Assembly: GCA_963696385.1 (NCBI GenBank)
Contig: CAVOKF010000008.1
Span: forward strand, 192,001 to 256,000
Direction of reading: 5' to 3'
Length of the DNA: 64,000 nt
Source: an uncultured delta proteobacterium
GTDB lineage: Bacteria; Myxococcota_A; Polyangia; Polyangiales; Polyangiaceae
Position numbers and translations under genes: made by a program. The notes under the pieces are model-generated. The model was not told the origin of the DNA. It saw only the letters and a list, made by a program, of their open reading frames with translations, and ran no database searches. Position 1 is the stretch's first letter; the number at the start of each line of letters is the position of its first letter. Of the stretch, positions 1 through 10,364 are shown piece after piece.

Positions 1-59
1 AGGCAGCGGCGGCGCCGAGAAGGGCGGCAACGAGAACCGATGGGCGGCGGGCGAAGAAA

Positions 60-896
60 TCAAAGAGCTTCGATGCGCGGCTCTTCGTCACGCGACATCG
101 TGACGATGGCACACTCGGGCACAACCTTCCAGCGTCCGTTCGGCACGGCATCGTCGAAGTCGCTGGCGGCGATCGAGAAGTGAACGCGCGACAGCTCCGG
201 CACTTTGCGCCGCAGCTGGGAATCGTCGGCGATGACCAGCTCGGCATCGGCCTTTCCGCTGAACGTGCGCAGGCGCATTTCGGCGTCGCTGCGGTGCACG
301 GCGACAAGGGTGTCCCCGTTGGACACCATCATGTTGAGCTTGCACGCAAGTGCCCCCCCCTCGGCGGTCATCCCATCGACCACGGCGAGGCTCGATCGAA
401 TCGCATCGAGAATCAGGGGAGCCTCGACAAGGCCGTCATTGAGACGACCCGCATCGTGCAGGAACGAGAGAAAGACGTTGAAGACGACCTCGGCGTCCGT
501 TTCGCCGCGAATCCCACCGCGCAAGAAGTCCGGGATGCTGGCGACGAGACGCTCGCGAATCTGTTGGAAGTCGAGAACCGTGCCGGTTTGAGCGAAGAGC
601 CACTGCCGATACCGGAAAGGATGGGTGTTTTCCGTGCGCAGGGCGCCGACGGTGGCGTGCCGCACGTGGCCGATCACCAGATCCGCGCGCACGTCGGCCG
701 CGAGCCGCGCCACGTCGAGCTCCTGGCGTTCGTCGATGGGCCTTCGGCGCATGAGGACTTCGCCGCCCTGATAGAAGCCCAGCCCCCAGCCAAACGGAGG
801 ACCGCTCGATCGAGCCCGAAGCGCGTCCGCTTCGAACGCCAGAATTCGAGCCGCAAGGTCTGGACGATTGCCAATGATCCCGAAGAGACGCGCCAT
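60..896 (-). CDS. Class II glutamine amidotransferase-like protein (YafJ/EgtC-like), N-terminal Cys replaced by Ala
   Basis: GWGLGFY, HVRHATVG, ENTHPF and GETDAE motifs; begins MARLFG rather than MCRLFG. Confidence 0.85.
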   Translation of the reverse strand: MARLFGIIGNRPDLAARILAFEADALRARSSGPPFGWGLGFYQGGEVLMRRRPIDERQELDVARLAADVRADLVIGHVRHATVGALRTENTHPFRYRQWLFAQTGTVLDFQQIRERLVASIPDFLRGGIRGETDAEVVFNVFLSFLHDAGRLNDGLVEAPLILDAIRSSLAVVDGMTAEGGALACKLNMMVSNGDTLVAVHRSDAEMRLRTFSGKADAELVIADDSQLRRKVPELSRVHFSIAASDFDDAVPNGRWKVVPECAIVTMSRDEEPRIEAL

Positions 897-1143
897 CGTT
901 GTTCACCCCGACCGCTAGGTCCGTCGATTGGGTCCGGACGGTGACGAAGCGGCCAACATGGCCCAAGAGCCGGCAGGATACCTTCGAAGTACGCGACGAA
1001 ACGGCTGTCGCGCAGTCGCCAGGACGGGCCACAGCCGCAAGCGGTTTGCGCGGCAGCCCGACACACGACGCATACTCATAGGAGTAAGGCCTGGCGCGTC
1101 GATATCAAGGACCACCCTGTCGGGCCGACCCCCGGCAGGCGCC

Positions 1144-1947
1144 TCAGTGCGCTTTGTCCATCGTGTCGGGAATCACGATGAACGGCACGACGTGCTCCTT
1201 CGACTCGAAGCCGGCGCGGTACTGTGCCGCCGCACGCTGGGTGGCGAAAGGACCCACGCGCACACGAAACCATGTCCCCCGGCCGGCTACATGCGCCTCG
1301 ACGACGTACGCTTTGTGGCCACGGGCGCGCAGTTGGCCCGCAAAACTCTCCGCTTCGGTCTGCGACCGAAAACTCGAGACTTGGAGCTGGTAGCCCCCCT
1401 CGTGCCCCGACGGAGCGGCCTCGGTCGAAGCGGGGACCGACGTGATCTGACCGGCCTCGCTGGCGACTTGGGTCAGGGCGTCACGCGGACGCGTCACGAC
1501 GGGCGTCGCCTCGAGAAGCGCCTGGGCCGGAAGCGGAACAACGGGAAGTCGATCGGTCGGCGGAGGCGGACGCGTCGGCCCCAGCGGAGCGGCCGGGAGT
1601 TGACCGCTCGCGGCAGCCGACGGCGTCGCTCCGCTCGCGCGAACCGCGGCCAGCGCGGTGGTCGGGCGACTGTCGTCACTCAGCCTCTGGGGAAATGTCA
1701 CGTCGGCCGGACGAAGGTCGAAGGACCGGGCGTTGGGTCCCTCGTTTCCGGTGCGGTGTGCGACGAGGTCGCCGAGTGGATCGGCCTTTGCGGCGAGCGG
1801 ATGACTGGTGCGTCCACCCAGCGCCAGCCCCCCGAACACCACGCACGCACCCCCCAAGATCAGGAACGTGAGCGTTACGCTTCGCGGCGTCCGCTCGTCT
1901 TCCTCTTGGATTTGGTCGAGGTTGCGAAGTGCGGGCTCGGTGACCAT
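1144..1947 (-). CDS. SPOR-domain membrane protein (FtsN/DedD-like)
   Basis: N-terminal TM, Pro/Ala linker, C-terminal YQLQVSSF...WFRVRVGPF SPOR motif; downstream of argS; start placed at MVTEP. Confidence 0.85.
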   Translation of the reverse strand: MVTEPALRNLDQIQEEDERTPRSVTLTFLILGGACVVFGGLALGGRTSHPLAAKADPLGDLVAHRTGNEGPNARSFDLRPADVTFPQRLSDDSRPTTALAAVRASGATPSAAASGQLPAAPLGPTRPPPPTDRLPVVPLPAQALLEATPVVTRPRDALTQVASEAGQITSVPASTEAAPSGHEGGYQLQVSSFRSQTEAESFAGQLRARGHKAYVVEAHVAGRGTWFRVRVGPFATQRAAAQYRAGFESKEHVVPFIVIPDTMDKAH

Positions 1948-1999
1948 CGAACCATGTACGTACCGCGAACGTCCAGCTGAGGCCAAGTTGTGCGTCACA

Positions 2000-2090
2000 A
2001 GGCACGTGGATCACCCTGGTGACAGGCACGTGGATCACACTGGTGACAGGCACGTGGATCACACTGGTGACAGGCACCTGGATCACCCTG
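2000..2090. repeat. 24-bp tandem repeat, ~3.8 copies (AGGCACGTGGATCAC[C/A]CTGGTGAC)
   Basis: Units start at 2000, 2024, 2048 and 2072. Confidence 0.95.
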
Positions 2091-2204
2091 AGCGCTTCGC
2101 TCCGCCTCGACTCGCTGCGCTCGCTCGGCTCTGCTCTCGCCGAACCGGCACTCGCGACACGTAGAGGGGAGCGCGTGCCGCTCCCCTCTAGCTCCCCAGC
2201 AGGA
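2083..2204 (-). repeat. Dispersed structured repeat element, single copy, reverse orientation
   Basis: Reverse complement matches the units at 46887-47416 and 60817-60937; 12-bp stem at 2162-2190. Confidence 0.93.
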
Positions 2205-2242
2205 GCCGAGAGAGCAGGAGCCGAGAGAGCAGGAGCCGAGAG
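2198..2242. repeat. 15-bp tandem repeat x3 (AGCAGGAGCCGAGAG)
   Basis: Exact units at 2198, 2213 and 2228. Confidence 0.95.
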
Positions 2243-2311
2243 AGATGCTGTGGCTCCCCAGCAGGAGCTCGCGGAGCCCGACCGCTCTCCTTTCGTCATT
2301 CGGTCCGTACG

Positions 2312-4120
2312 CTAAGCTTCCATGGCGTCGGAGGCTTCGGTCGGGGGACGATCCATGCGTTCGGGGGCGCTTACACCCAGGAGATCGAGCGCGGCAGCGA
2401 ACGTCACGCGAATCGCTTCAATCCAGGCCAGGCGTGCGCGTGTCTTTGTGGCGTCCCACGACGCCTCCCAGCCGTCGCGCAGGCGGGTGCTTTCGCGAGG
2501 CAAGATGGGATCGTCTTCCCCCTTTAGTCGCGTGAAATAACTTTGAAAATGCTGCGCAAGCTCTTGAACATAATACGTAATACGATGGGGCTCACGCAAG
2601 CGCGCGGCTTCGTTCACGACCCCCGGAAAGTCCGCGAGACGATGGCACATCGCGAGCTCGTCGGGATGCCGCAGATCCCTCGTGTCCGCGGTCGACCAGC
2701 CATCGCCGAAGCCGAGCGCCACGGCCTTGCGTTGAATCGAACGGATGCGGGCGTAGCCGTACTGCACATAAAATACGGGGTTGTCGACCGTGTCTTTTTT
2801 GGCGAGTTCGATGTCGAAATCGATGTTCGAATTGGCGCTCCGCGACAGAAAGAAGAAGCGCAAGGCGTCGGCGCCGGCACCCTTTCGGCCCGTGGCCTCG
2901 TCGATTTCATCCATGATCTCGTCGATCGTGACGACATTGCCGGCGCGCTTGCTGCTCTTGACGGCTACGCCGCCTTTCGTGATGAAAACCAGCTGATACA
3001 GGAGCGCTTCGAAACGGTCTTGAGGCAGACCGAGTGCGGTCAACGCATTGCGCACGCGCGCCACGTATCCGTGGTGATCGGCACCGAGGACGTCGATCAA
3101 TCGGTCGTATCCGCGTTCAATTTTGTCCGCGAAGTAGGCGACATCCGACGCGAAATAGGCCCACTCGCCGCTGCTCTTTCGGACGACGCGGTCCTTGTCC
3201 TCGAGCGACCCCTCCGGCGCTTGGAAGAAGACGGCCCCATCCTTGTGCACCAGATGTCCGCCCTCCTCGAGCTTTCGCATGACCGAGGCGATGGCACCCC
3301 AGCGGTACAAGGACTCCTCACTGAACCACACATCGAAGTGCACCCGGATGTCGGCGAGGCTCGGCCGGATGCCCGGCAGCGACCGCGAGCCCGGAACTCC
3401 CCGCAGCATCCAAGAAACGCACGCGCGGCCGAGCGCTTCGGAATCGTCGCCACGAAGGACCGATGGCTCGACCTGGCTCAACCAGGACGCAAGCTCGGCG
3501 ACATAAGCGCCCTTGTAACCGTCGTCAGGAATCGCGCGACCCTCGGCGGCGGCGCGAACGCTTTCGGCGAACGCCCGGACCTGATTGCCACGATCGTTGA
3601 CATAGTATTCGCGCGTGACGCGGTGCCCCGTCGCCTCCAGCAAGCGCGCCACCGAGTCACCGAGAATGGCGTTGCGCCCGCTCGCCACCGTGACGGGTCC
3701 GGTCGGATTTGCGCTGACGAACTCGATGTCGATGCGCTCGCCCGAGGCGGCCGGGGATCGGCCCCAAGCGCGGCCCGCGCGAAGAATCTCCGAGACGACG
3801 TCCTGGAACACGCTGGCGCGAAGACGCATGTTGATGAACCCGGGCCCGGCGACCTCCGCAGATTGAACCACCGCGTCCTCGGCGTCGGCGCGCGCGTTGA
3901 GTGCCGTCGCGATCGCCTCGGCCAGCAGCCGCGGCGGCTTGCCCATGCGCTTGGCCGCGCTCATCGCGACGTTCGTTGTCAGATCCCCATGCTCTGGACG
4001 CTTCGGACGCTCAATGATCACGGCCGCGAGATCGATCACCGGGGACGGCTCGCCGGCGACGAGCACCGATTCGTAGAATGCGGCGACCACGGCGTCGCGA
4101 ACGCGATCGACGAAGCTCAT
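2312..4120 (-). CDS. argS: Arginine--tRNA ligase
   Basis: HGDLTTN, VAGPGFIN, EFVSANPTGP, EYYVNDRG, GADHHGY and NPVFYVQY motifs. Confidence 0.97.
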   Translation of the reverse strand: MSFVDRVRDAVVAAFYESVLVAGEPSPVIDLAAVIIERPKRPEHGDLTTNVAMSAAKRMGKPPRLLAEAIATALNARADAEDAVVQSAEVAGPGFINMRLRASVFQDVVSEILRAGRAWGRSPAASGERIDIEFVSANPTGPVTVASGRNAILGDSVARLLEATGHRVTREYYVNDRGNQVRAFAESVRAAAEGRAIPDDGYKGAYVAELASWLSQVEPSVLRGDDSEALGRACVSWMLRGVPGSRSLPGIRPSLADIRVHFDVWFSEESLYRWGAIASVMRKLEEGGHLVHKDGAVFFQAPEGSLEDKDRVVRKSSGEWAYFASDVAYFADKIERGYDRLIDVLGADHHGYVARVRNALTALGLPQDRFEALLYQLVFITKGGVAVKSSKRAGNVVTIDEIMDEIDEATGRKGAGADALRFFFLSRSANSNIDFDIELAKKDTVDNPVFYVQYGYARIRSIQRKAVALGFGDGWSTADTRDLRHPDELAMCHRLADFPGVVNEAARLREPHRITYYVQELAQHFQSYFTRLKGEDDPILPRESTRLRDGWEASWDATKTRARLAWIEAIRVTFAAALDLLGVSAPERMDRPPTEASDAMEA

Positions 4121-4406
4121 TGTCCTCGCTCCTTAGCACCTCGACGCCGGGTGAACACCGCGGCAACCGTTGCCTTTTCGTCGATCGATCGCGGCGGTGG
4201 ACACGCGCGAGCGGTGTCCTGCCGACGGACCGATCGCCGAGGGCGCGGTCTTGGTCGCCGTCCGCCGACGAGTTCGCCTTAGGGCTGAACCCGTCGAGGG
4301 CGGATGGATCGGCCCCCTGGGATCCGCGGTCCGGCAGGCGGGAGCAAAATTGGTCGATCGGCCCCGCTCGTAGTACGAACGCCAGGGTCATGGCGAGACC
4401 GTTCGC

Positions 4407-4814
4407 ATGCGCTTGACCGCCGTCCCGACGGCGGCCGTGGCGATGTGGCTTGCCGGCAGTGCTTGCGGCACCGGCGCCGTGGGCGTCGGCGAGTGCCGCC
4501 AGATTGAGGCCGCGCGCTGTCGGCAGGCGGTGGCCTGCGGCATCTCGATCGAGCCGCCGTATTACAGCTCGGGCACCGACGTTGGAGCCTGCATTCGATT
4601 CTACGACACCGCATGCTTGCACGGTCTCACCGTCGCCGATCCAGGAGCGAGCGCCGTCAACGCCTGCGTGGCCGCCATCGAGAGCGGCGACTGCACGCTG
4701 GTCATCACGCCGGAAACCGGAGCGTGTGCGTGGCTCGCCCCACCGGCTCCCGTGGTCATCCCCGTGCCGGACGCCGCGGAAGATGCCACCGAAGAACCAT
4801 CGGACTCCGACTGA
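4407..4814 (+). CDS. Cys-rich putative lipoprotein, hypothetical
   Basis: Signal peptide with lipobox-like GSAC, many Cys, acidic tail. Confidence 0.65.
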   Translation: MRLTAVPTAAVAMWLAGSACGTGAVGVGECRQIEAARCRQAVACGISIEPPYYSSGTDVGACIRFYDTACLHGLTVADPGASAVNACVAAIESGDCTLVITPETGACAWLAPPAPVVIPVPDAAEDATEEPSDSD

Positions 4815-4887
4815 CTCCACATGCCCGGCACGCCGCGCGCTCGAAACAATGGTGATCCGGCGCCTGTCGCTTACATTGGCGGGTCAG

Positions 4888-5778
4888 ATGCTTTCTGCCG
4901 CGATGGTCCTCGCCGCCGGGCTCGGGACGCGGCTTCGTCCATTGACCGAGTGGTGCGCCAAGCCGCTCGTGCCCGTGGGCGATCAACCCGCTTTGGGTCA
5001 CGTCCTCGCGCAGCTGCGCGCGGCGGGCATCGCGCGCCTCGTCGTCAACGCCCATCACCGAATGGCCGACATGCGCGCCTTCGCGAAATCTTCGCCGGAC
5101 ATTTCCGTGTCGGAGGAACCAGACCTGCTCGGAACCGCCGGCGGCGTCGCGCAGGCCGTCGGCCGGTTCGGGGGTGGCGACGTGCTGGTCTACAACGCCG
5201 ACACGTTCGCCCAGATCGATTTGCGCGCTCTCGCCGATGCCCACGCGGGAGAGGGGGAGCGGGCTACGCTCGTCGTCCGAGCCCGCGCCCCCGGGCAGGG
5301 CAGCGTCGGCATGGACGAGAACCTGCGGCTGGTGCGCCTGCGCAACGAGCGCATCCGATCGGAGGCGTACGGGGGCGACTTTCTCGGGGTGCAGGTGATC
5401 GGCGCCTCGCTTCTGCGTCTGCTTCCCACGCGGGGCTGCCTCGTCGGGGACACGTACGTCCATGCCCTGCGTCGCGGGTTCGATCTGCGCGCCTTTTTGC
5501 ATGCCGGGCCCTCTTTCGACATCGGCACGCCGCGCGGTTACCTCGATGCGAACCTGGCTTGGCTGGCCGCGCGCGGCACCGGCCATTGGGCGGGCGCAGA
5601 CGCGAAGATCGATCCGCACGTCGCCATCGCCGAGACGATCGTGGGTGCGGGCGCGGCGGTGAGTGGCCGGGGCGCGATCTCTCGCTGCGTCGTATGGCCC
5701 GGCGCAACGGCGCGAGCACCGATGGCCGACGCCGTGGTCACGATCGACGACGTGGTGCTTGTCCGCGAGGACCGCTGA
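4888..5778 (+). CDS. Sugar-phosphate nucleotidyltransferase (MurU/GMP-PP-like)
   Basis: MVLAAGLGTRLRPLT...KPLVPV, LGTAGG, DIGTP. Confidence 0.9.
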   Translation: MLSAAMVLAAGLGTRLRPLTEWCAKPLVPVGDQPALGHVLAQLRAAGIARLVVNAHHRMADMRAFAKSSPDISVSEEPDLLGTAGGVAQAVGRFGGGDVLVYNADTFAQIDLRALADAHAGEGERATLVVRARAPGQGSVGMDENLRLVRLRNERIRSEAYGGDFLGVQVIGASLLRLLPTRGCLVGDTYVHALRRGFDLRAFLHAGPSFDIGTPRGYLDANLAWLAARGTGHWAGADAKIDPHVAIAETIVGAGAAVSGRGAISRCVVWPGATARAPMADAVVTIDDVVLVREDR

Positions 5779-5828
5779 GAGAGGCGAACGCGGCCGCGGT
5801 CGTGCTCCCGTCGAACCGCAGGTTCCCT

Positions 5829-7031
5829 TCAGAGGGCCCCGTCCATCATCGGAGGAGGATCGGTCCCCGGGTCGTTCTCCTGCTCAACGGCCTCGACCGG
5901 GATGCGCACGCGAGCGGCGTGGACGCGGCGGTCGAGCTCGACTCGCCAGAACGAAGGCGCGTCGCCGCTCTTGCATCCGAGCGTCATGGAAGGAGCCGCG
6001 AGAAGCTCGAAGTCGCGCCCTGCCGGGTGACGCCGCTCGCTGATGTGGCGATGCCCGTGCATGACGAGCGTGGCGCCCGCCTCGGCGAGCACCTCGGCGA
6101 AGGCGCTCGCGTCGTCGAGCCGCATCCCGATTTCGGTGGGTGCCCGCTTTCCGACGCCCAGAGCCAGCGGGATGACGTGGTGATGGAACAGCACGATGCG
6201 GTGCCGAGCGCCGAGCCATTCCTTGGTTTTCGCGAGGTCGCGCAACCAATCGAGCTGGGCCGGACCAATCGCTCCGTTTTGTCGGAAGAACGTCCGCTGA
6301 CGGCGCGCGCAGGAGTCGAGGCCGACCAGAATCGCATCGGCCTCTTCGAGCGATTGCTTCCAGGCGCCGCACGCATGGATGGCGAGCCCGGCGCGTTCGG
6401 CGACCTGGCGCCATCGCGCGCGCTTGATCTCATGGGTCGGCCGCGGCCGAGCGCTGCTCGCGATCGGAAACAAGTACAGGTCGTGATTGCCCGGAATGAG
6501 AAACAATCGGCCGCGATCCCGCCAGCGCGCGAACGCGCCTTCGACGAGCTCCCAGCCCTCCCCGTCGTCGGTGCAGTCGCCGGTGACCACCACGGCGTCG
6601 ACCTGGCTGTCGGCGACGGCGCGTGCACCCCTGAGGCACCTCAGATTGGCATTGTGCGGGGTCGTTTCGAGCATCGACGCCAGCGCCCCTTCCGTCGGCG
6701 GATCGCGCACGAGGGTCTGGGCTCGCCGTTGCTCCAAGCGGCAGGCCTTCGCCGCCGCGCGTTCGACAGGATCGAGGAGTCCGCCGCTGTCTTTGGCGCT
6801 CGGTACAGGGTGGGAGTAGCCTTCGGGGTCGACGAGCACGACGTCCGATCGCTTCTTGCTGCGCTCCCGCAGCACGCGCCAGCTGGCCTCCTCCCAACAC
6901 GGTTCGAAGTGCGCCTCGCTCGTGTCGACGATCCGAGCACTGCGCTTGACCAGTCGTGCACGGTCGTGAAGCGTGTCGCCGAACGTCGACACGTGCAGAT
7001 CGGAAACGTGGGCGAGGGTGAACGCAGGCAT
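5829..7031 (-). CDS. Calcineurin-like metallophosphoesterase
   Basis: SDLH, TGDCTD, PGNHD, HHH and HGHRH motifs. Confidence 0.9.
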   Translation of the reverse strand: MPAFTLAHVSDLHVSTFGDTLHDRARLVKRSARIVDTSEAHFEPCWEEASWRVLRERSKKRSDVVLVDPEGYSHPVPSAKDSGGLLDPVERAAAKACRLEQRRAQTLVRDPPTEGALASMLETTPHNANLRCLRGARAVADSQVDAVVVTGDCTDDGEGWELVEGAFARWRDRGRLFLIPGNHDLYLFPIASSARPRPTHEIKRARWRQVAERAGLAIHACGAWKQSLEEADAILVGLDSCARRQRTFFRQNGAIGPAQLDWLRDLAKTKEWLGARHRIVLFHHHVIPLALGVGKRAPTEIGMRLDDASAFAEVLAEAGATLVMHGHRHISERRHPAGRDFELLAAPSMTLGCKSGDAPSFWRVELDRRVHAARVRIPVEAVEQENDPGTDPPPMMDGAL

Positions 7032-7068
7032 CCCGGGATTGGGGGCACACTGGACGCGGACTGCGTCG

Positions 7069-7551
7069 TCACATTCCGCTGATGATCTTGAAGGACTCTC
7101 CGTCGCGAACGAGATCGAGCCGATTGTCCGCCACCTGGTGGTGCCACTCGTCGCCTTTGGATCCCGGCAACTTCCAAGCGGCTGCGTAGGTGTAATCCAC
7201 GAAAATGTGATTCGTCTCGGTTAGGGTGACGCGACGGTAGCGTATCTCGTAGCGAATGCCGGTCGTTTTCAGGAAGGGGCCGGTCAGAAACTCGCGGATG
7301 CGATCGTAGTCCGCGTCGTCTTCGGACTTCGTGTTGCCGCCGTCCTCGAAATAGGCGGGGCTCATCAGCTTGAGCAGCTCGCCGACATTTCGGTCCTCGA
7401 GCGCGTGTCGATACTTCTCGCAGAACAGGATGATGCCCCGGTTTTCTCCGTTGTCCTCGACGTCGGTGTTCGGAATGAACGGCTTCGAACAGCCGACGCT
7501 CGCGATCGCGAGGACCCATACGAGGGCAAAGCGTGAGCAAATCCGCGGCAT
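7069..7551 (-). CDS. Hypothetical lipoprotein, possible NTF2-like fold
   Basis: Hydrophobic signal ending SVGC; ends FKIISGM; start estimated. Confidence 0.7.
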   Translation of the reverse strand: MPRICSRFALVWVLAIASVGCSKPFIPNTDVEDNGENRGIILFCEKYRHALEDRNVGELLKLMSPAYFEDGGNTKSEDDADYDRIREFLTGPFLKTTGIRYEIRYRRVTLTETNHIFVDYTYAAAWKLPGSKGDEWHHQVADNRLDLVRDGESFKIISGM

Positions 7552-7717
7552 GGGACCGAACCAGGCCGAGGAGAGCAACTTACGGGCCGAGGCCGTCCGA
7601 GTTCGCTCGTGGCTCATTTTTGTCGGCATCCGAGGCAATCCTGGCCGCGCTGACCGAGGGGGAACGTTGTCATGTTGTCAGGCGGCACCGCGACGTGTAG
7701 GCGGCGCTGTCGAACTG

Positions 7718-9611
7718 TCAAATGGGCTCGATCACCACGCGCGCGCTCACATCGGGGGGAGCCCCGCAAACGAGCTCCCGAGGGGCAACGGCCCCCACGA
7801 GGGGTAGGAGGGCGGCGTGGCCGGGCGCGATTGGCCCGCGTGGTTCGACCCCGCGACCCAACGCCATCGCGCCGACACGGCCGCGCGGTCCCGTCGTGCG
7901 ATCGGCCGTGAGAAGGACCGCCACGGCACCCGAGCGCAGATCACCGGCCAGCTCCCGCGTGATGGGTCCGGCATCGTCGACGGCCAGGATGATCATCCGG
8001 TCGGCGTCACCTGCTTGGAGCAACACAGCCCCGCAAGCGAACGCCTCGATCGCGGCGTGGAGTCCGCCGCCGACCGCGAACGTCGGCCCGGTCAAACCGA
8101 ACGCGATGGAGCATTCGCCCGCAACGGCATTCGGGGACGTATACGGAAAGCGGCGGGGCTCCGCCGCGAGCGCCCCCCGGTCCCGCAGGCGCGCCGCAAA
8201 AAGGGCGTTCGTCTCAACCGTCGCAAGCGCCGTGCCCACGACGAGACCACATCCTTCGAGCGACCCGCACACGGCCGCGAGTCGGGCGATCGCCGCGAGC
8301 GCCAAACGCACGAGCGCGTCGCCTCGGGCAAGCCGCTCCGCTGGCCAGCGAATCTGCGTGGCCAGATCGTCCAGGGCCGGCTCTCGTTCGACATGAGCGG
8401 CCGCCCCCACGAAGGCGTCGCGACGGTCGGCGCCTCGGTCCGACATTCGGACTTCACCGCGGGTGACGACCAGCGCCGCGTTGGCTCCCCCGAATGCGGA
8501 CGAGACCTTGAGCGCGGCCTGGGGCGTCGCAGGCATGGTGCGATCGAGAAGGAGCGCGGGGGCATCGGGATCGACCTCGCCCTCCCCTGCGGATGCGGGC
8601 AGAACGCAGCGGTCGATCGCGTCGACGCACGCGAGGAGTTCGAGCGCGCCCGCGGCGCCGAGCGCGTGGCCGATCTGGGCCTTGAACGGATGGACGACGA
8701 CTTCGCGCGAGCGCTTCGAGCCGAGAGCCGCGGCGAGCCCTCGGAATTCGGAGACGTCGTTGAGAAGCGTGGCCGTGGCGTGTGCGCTCACCAGATCGAC
8801 GACCGGGTCCCCGGCTTCGCCCAGCGCCCGCTTGGCCGCGCGCGCGAGCGCCCGGCCGTCCCGATCGGGCGCTGTCAAGTGCACGGCATCGGATGCGGCC
8901 GCGAAGCCCGAAACGAAGGCCCGAGCCGGACCGCTGGACGCCCGCGCGAGCGCCACTATGGCGGCACCCTCCCCCAAGGCCATGCCATCGCGCGCAAGGC
9001 GGAACGGACGCGGGGGCGGCGACCCGGTCGTCGCGCGGAGCGCTTCGAAGCCCGCGGCGACGAATACGGTGACTTCATCGAAACCGCCGGCAAGGACGAC
9101 ATCGCATCCGCCCCGATTCGATCCATCGCTTCGCGAGACCCACGGCCAGCGACCCGGAGGCGCAGGCGCCAAGCACCAGGACGGAGGGATCGAGCGAAAC
9201 TCGCAGCCGTCGCGCGGCTCGCGCCATCGGCCCGAAGTACGTCGGAGCCTCGACGTCGGGGATGCGTTCGTGTCGCGCGATCGCGTCGAACGCACGCTGT
9301 GCGGCGCGCATGCCTCCGCTGGAGGTGCCGACAACGAGGCCGACGCGTTGGCGCCGCCAATTCGGACGGACGACATCGAGGTCGGCGGCACACGAGTCCA
9401 AGGCGTATGCGAGCAAATCGGTCGCCCGGTCTTCGCTCGCCGCCATCGCCGCCCGCGCGGCAAATGGCCGTCCGAGACCGGCTTGCGCGAGTTCGGCATC
9501 GAGCCCGATCGCCACCGCCGCAGTTTCACCCGCCTCGCCGGCTCGAAATGCGGCGCGTCCCGCACCGAGCGCCGAGATCGCCCCGAACGCGACGATCGCG
9601 ACCGAACTCAC
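7718..9611 (-). CDS. Beta-ketoacyl synthase (KS fused to degenerate KS/CLF-like domain); +1 frameshift near 9117
   Basis: GTSSGG and GACASG in one frame; GEGAA, AHATAT, GHALGAAG, AFGG and FPYTSPNA in the next; GTG start overlaps the upstream stop. Confidence 0.85.
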
Positions 9612-10345
9612 GTGCCACCGCGATCGGGATCCTCGAACGCCTCGGGGGTCGGACCCGTGGCGCCGACGGACTCGACGTCGACATTCACCCGCAAGCCCGT
9701 CGTTTCGTCCGCGTACTGGACATGGTCGCCGGCTGCGGCGCCGGGCGAGGAGTTCGTCGCCTCGCATTCGTCCATCTCCTCGACCCGACCGTGCGCACGC
9801 CTCGTTGCCGTGATGCTGCGCTTGTGTCCTTCATCGCATCGCGCAAGACGCAGATCGACGATCGCGGCCCCGTCGCGCAAGAGAAAGCGGTCGCCGTCGG
9901 GGGCCGTCGCGGCTGCGAATGCGCTTCCGGCGAACGGGACGACGAACCGCCAGCGCAAGAATCCGACCGGCAGCCCCATCGGATCGTCGGCACCGCCACG
10001 CCGGACGATTTGCAGCGGGGGCACGGCGACGCGCCACTGCTCCCGAGTCACCCACGCGTCAAGCACCGTTGCTCCCGCCCCGCCGATCAGAATCATGCGC
10101 ACGGCCCGACCGGGGGCAACGGCCATGGCGCCGCGTCCGTCGACCCAACGGCCGCTCTTGGGATCGCGCAACATCGTCGCAATCGTGGCCACGTACGGGG
10201 TCGTGGGCACCGACGATCGGAGAAGATCGAGCCGCGCGACGGCACCCGGCCATTGGGCTGCCGTCGGGTGAATCCACGAGACGGGCGAGCGCGGCGCGCA
10301 CGACGCGATCAGGCCGAGCGTCAGGGAAAGACACGATCCGCGCAT
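9608..10345 (-). CDS. Hypothetical lipoprotein in the KS operon
   Basis: MRGSCLSLTLGLIASC lipobox; stop overlaps the downstream KS start. Confidence 0.7.
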   Translation of the reverse strand: MRGSCLSLTLGLIASCAPRSPVSWIHPTAAQWPGAVARLDLLRSSVPTTPYVATIATMLRDPKSGRWVDGRGAMAVAPGRAVRMILIGGAGATVLDAWVTREQWRVAVPPLQIVRRGGADDPMGLPVGFLRWRFVVPFAGSAFAAATAPDGDRFLLRDGAAIVDLRLARCDEGHKRSITATRRAHGRVEEMDECEATNSSPGAAAGDHVQYADETTGLRVNVDVESVGATGPTPEAFEDPDRGGT

Positions 10346-10364
10346 GGACAGCCGCGCCTGCCTC

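Noticed and set aside
2000..2090. Mini-CRISPR or iteron origin from the 24-bp repeats
   Set aside because: Head-to-tail units without spacers; no rep gene or AT-rich unwinding region.
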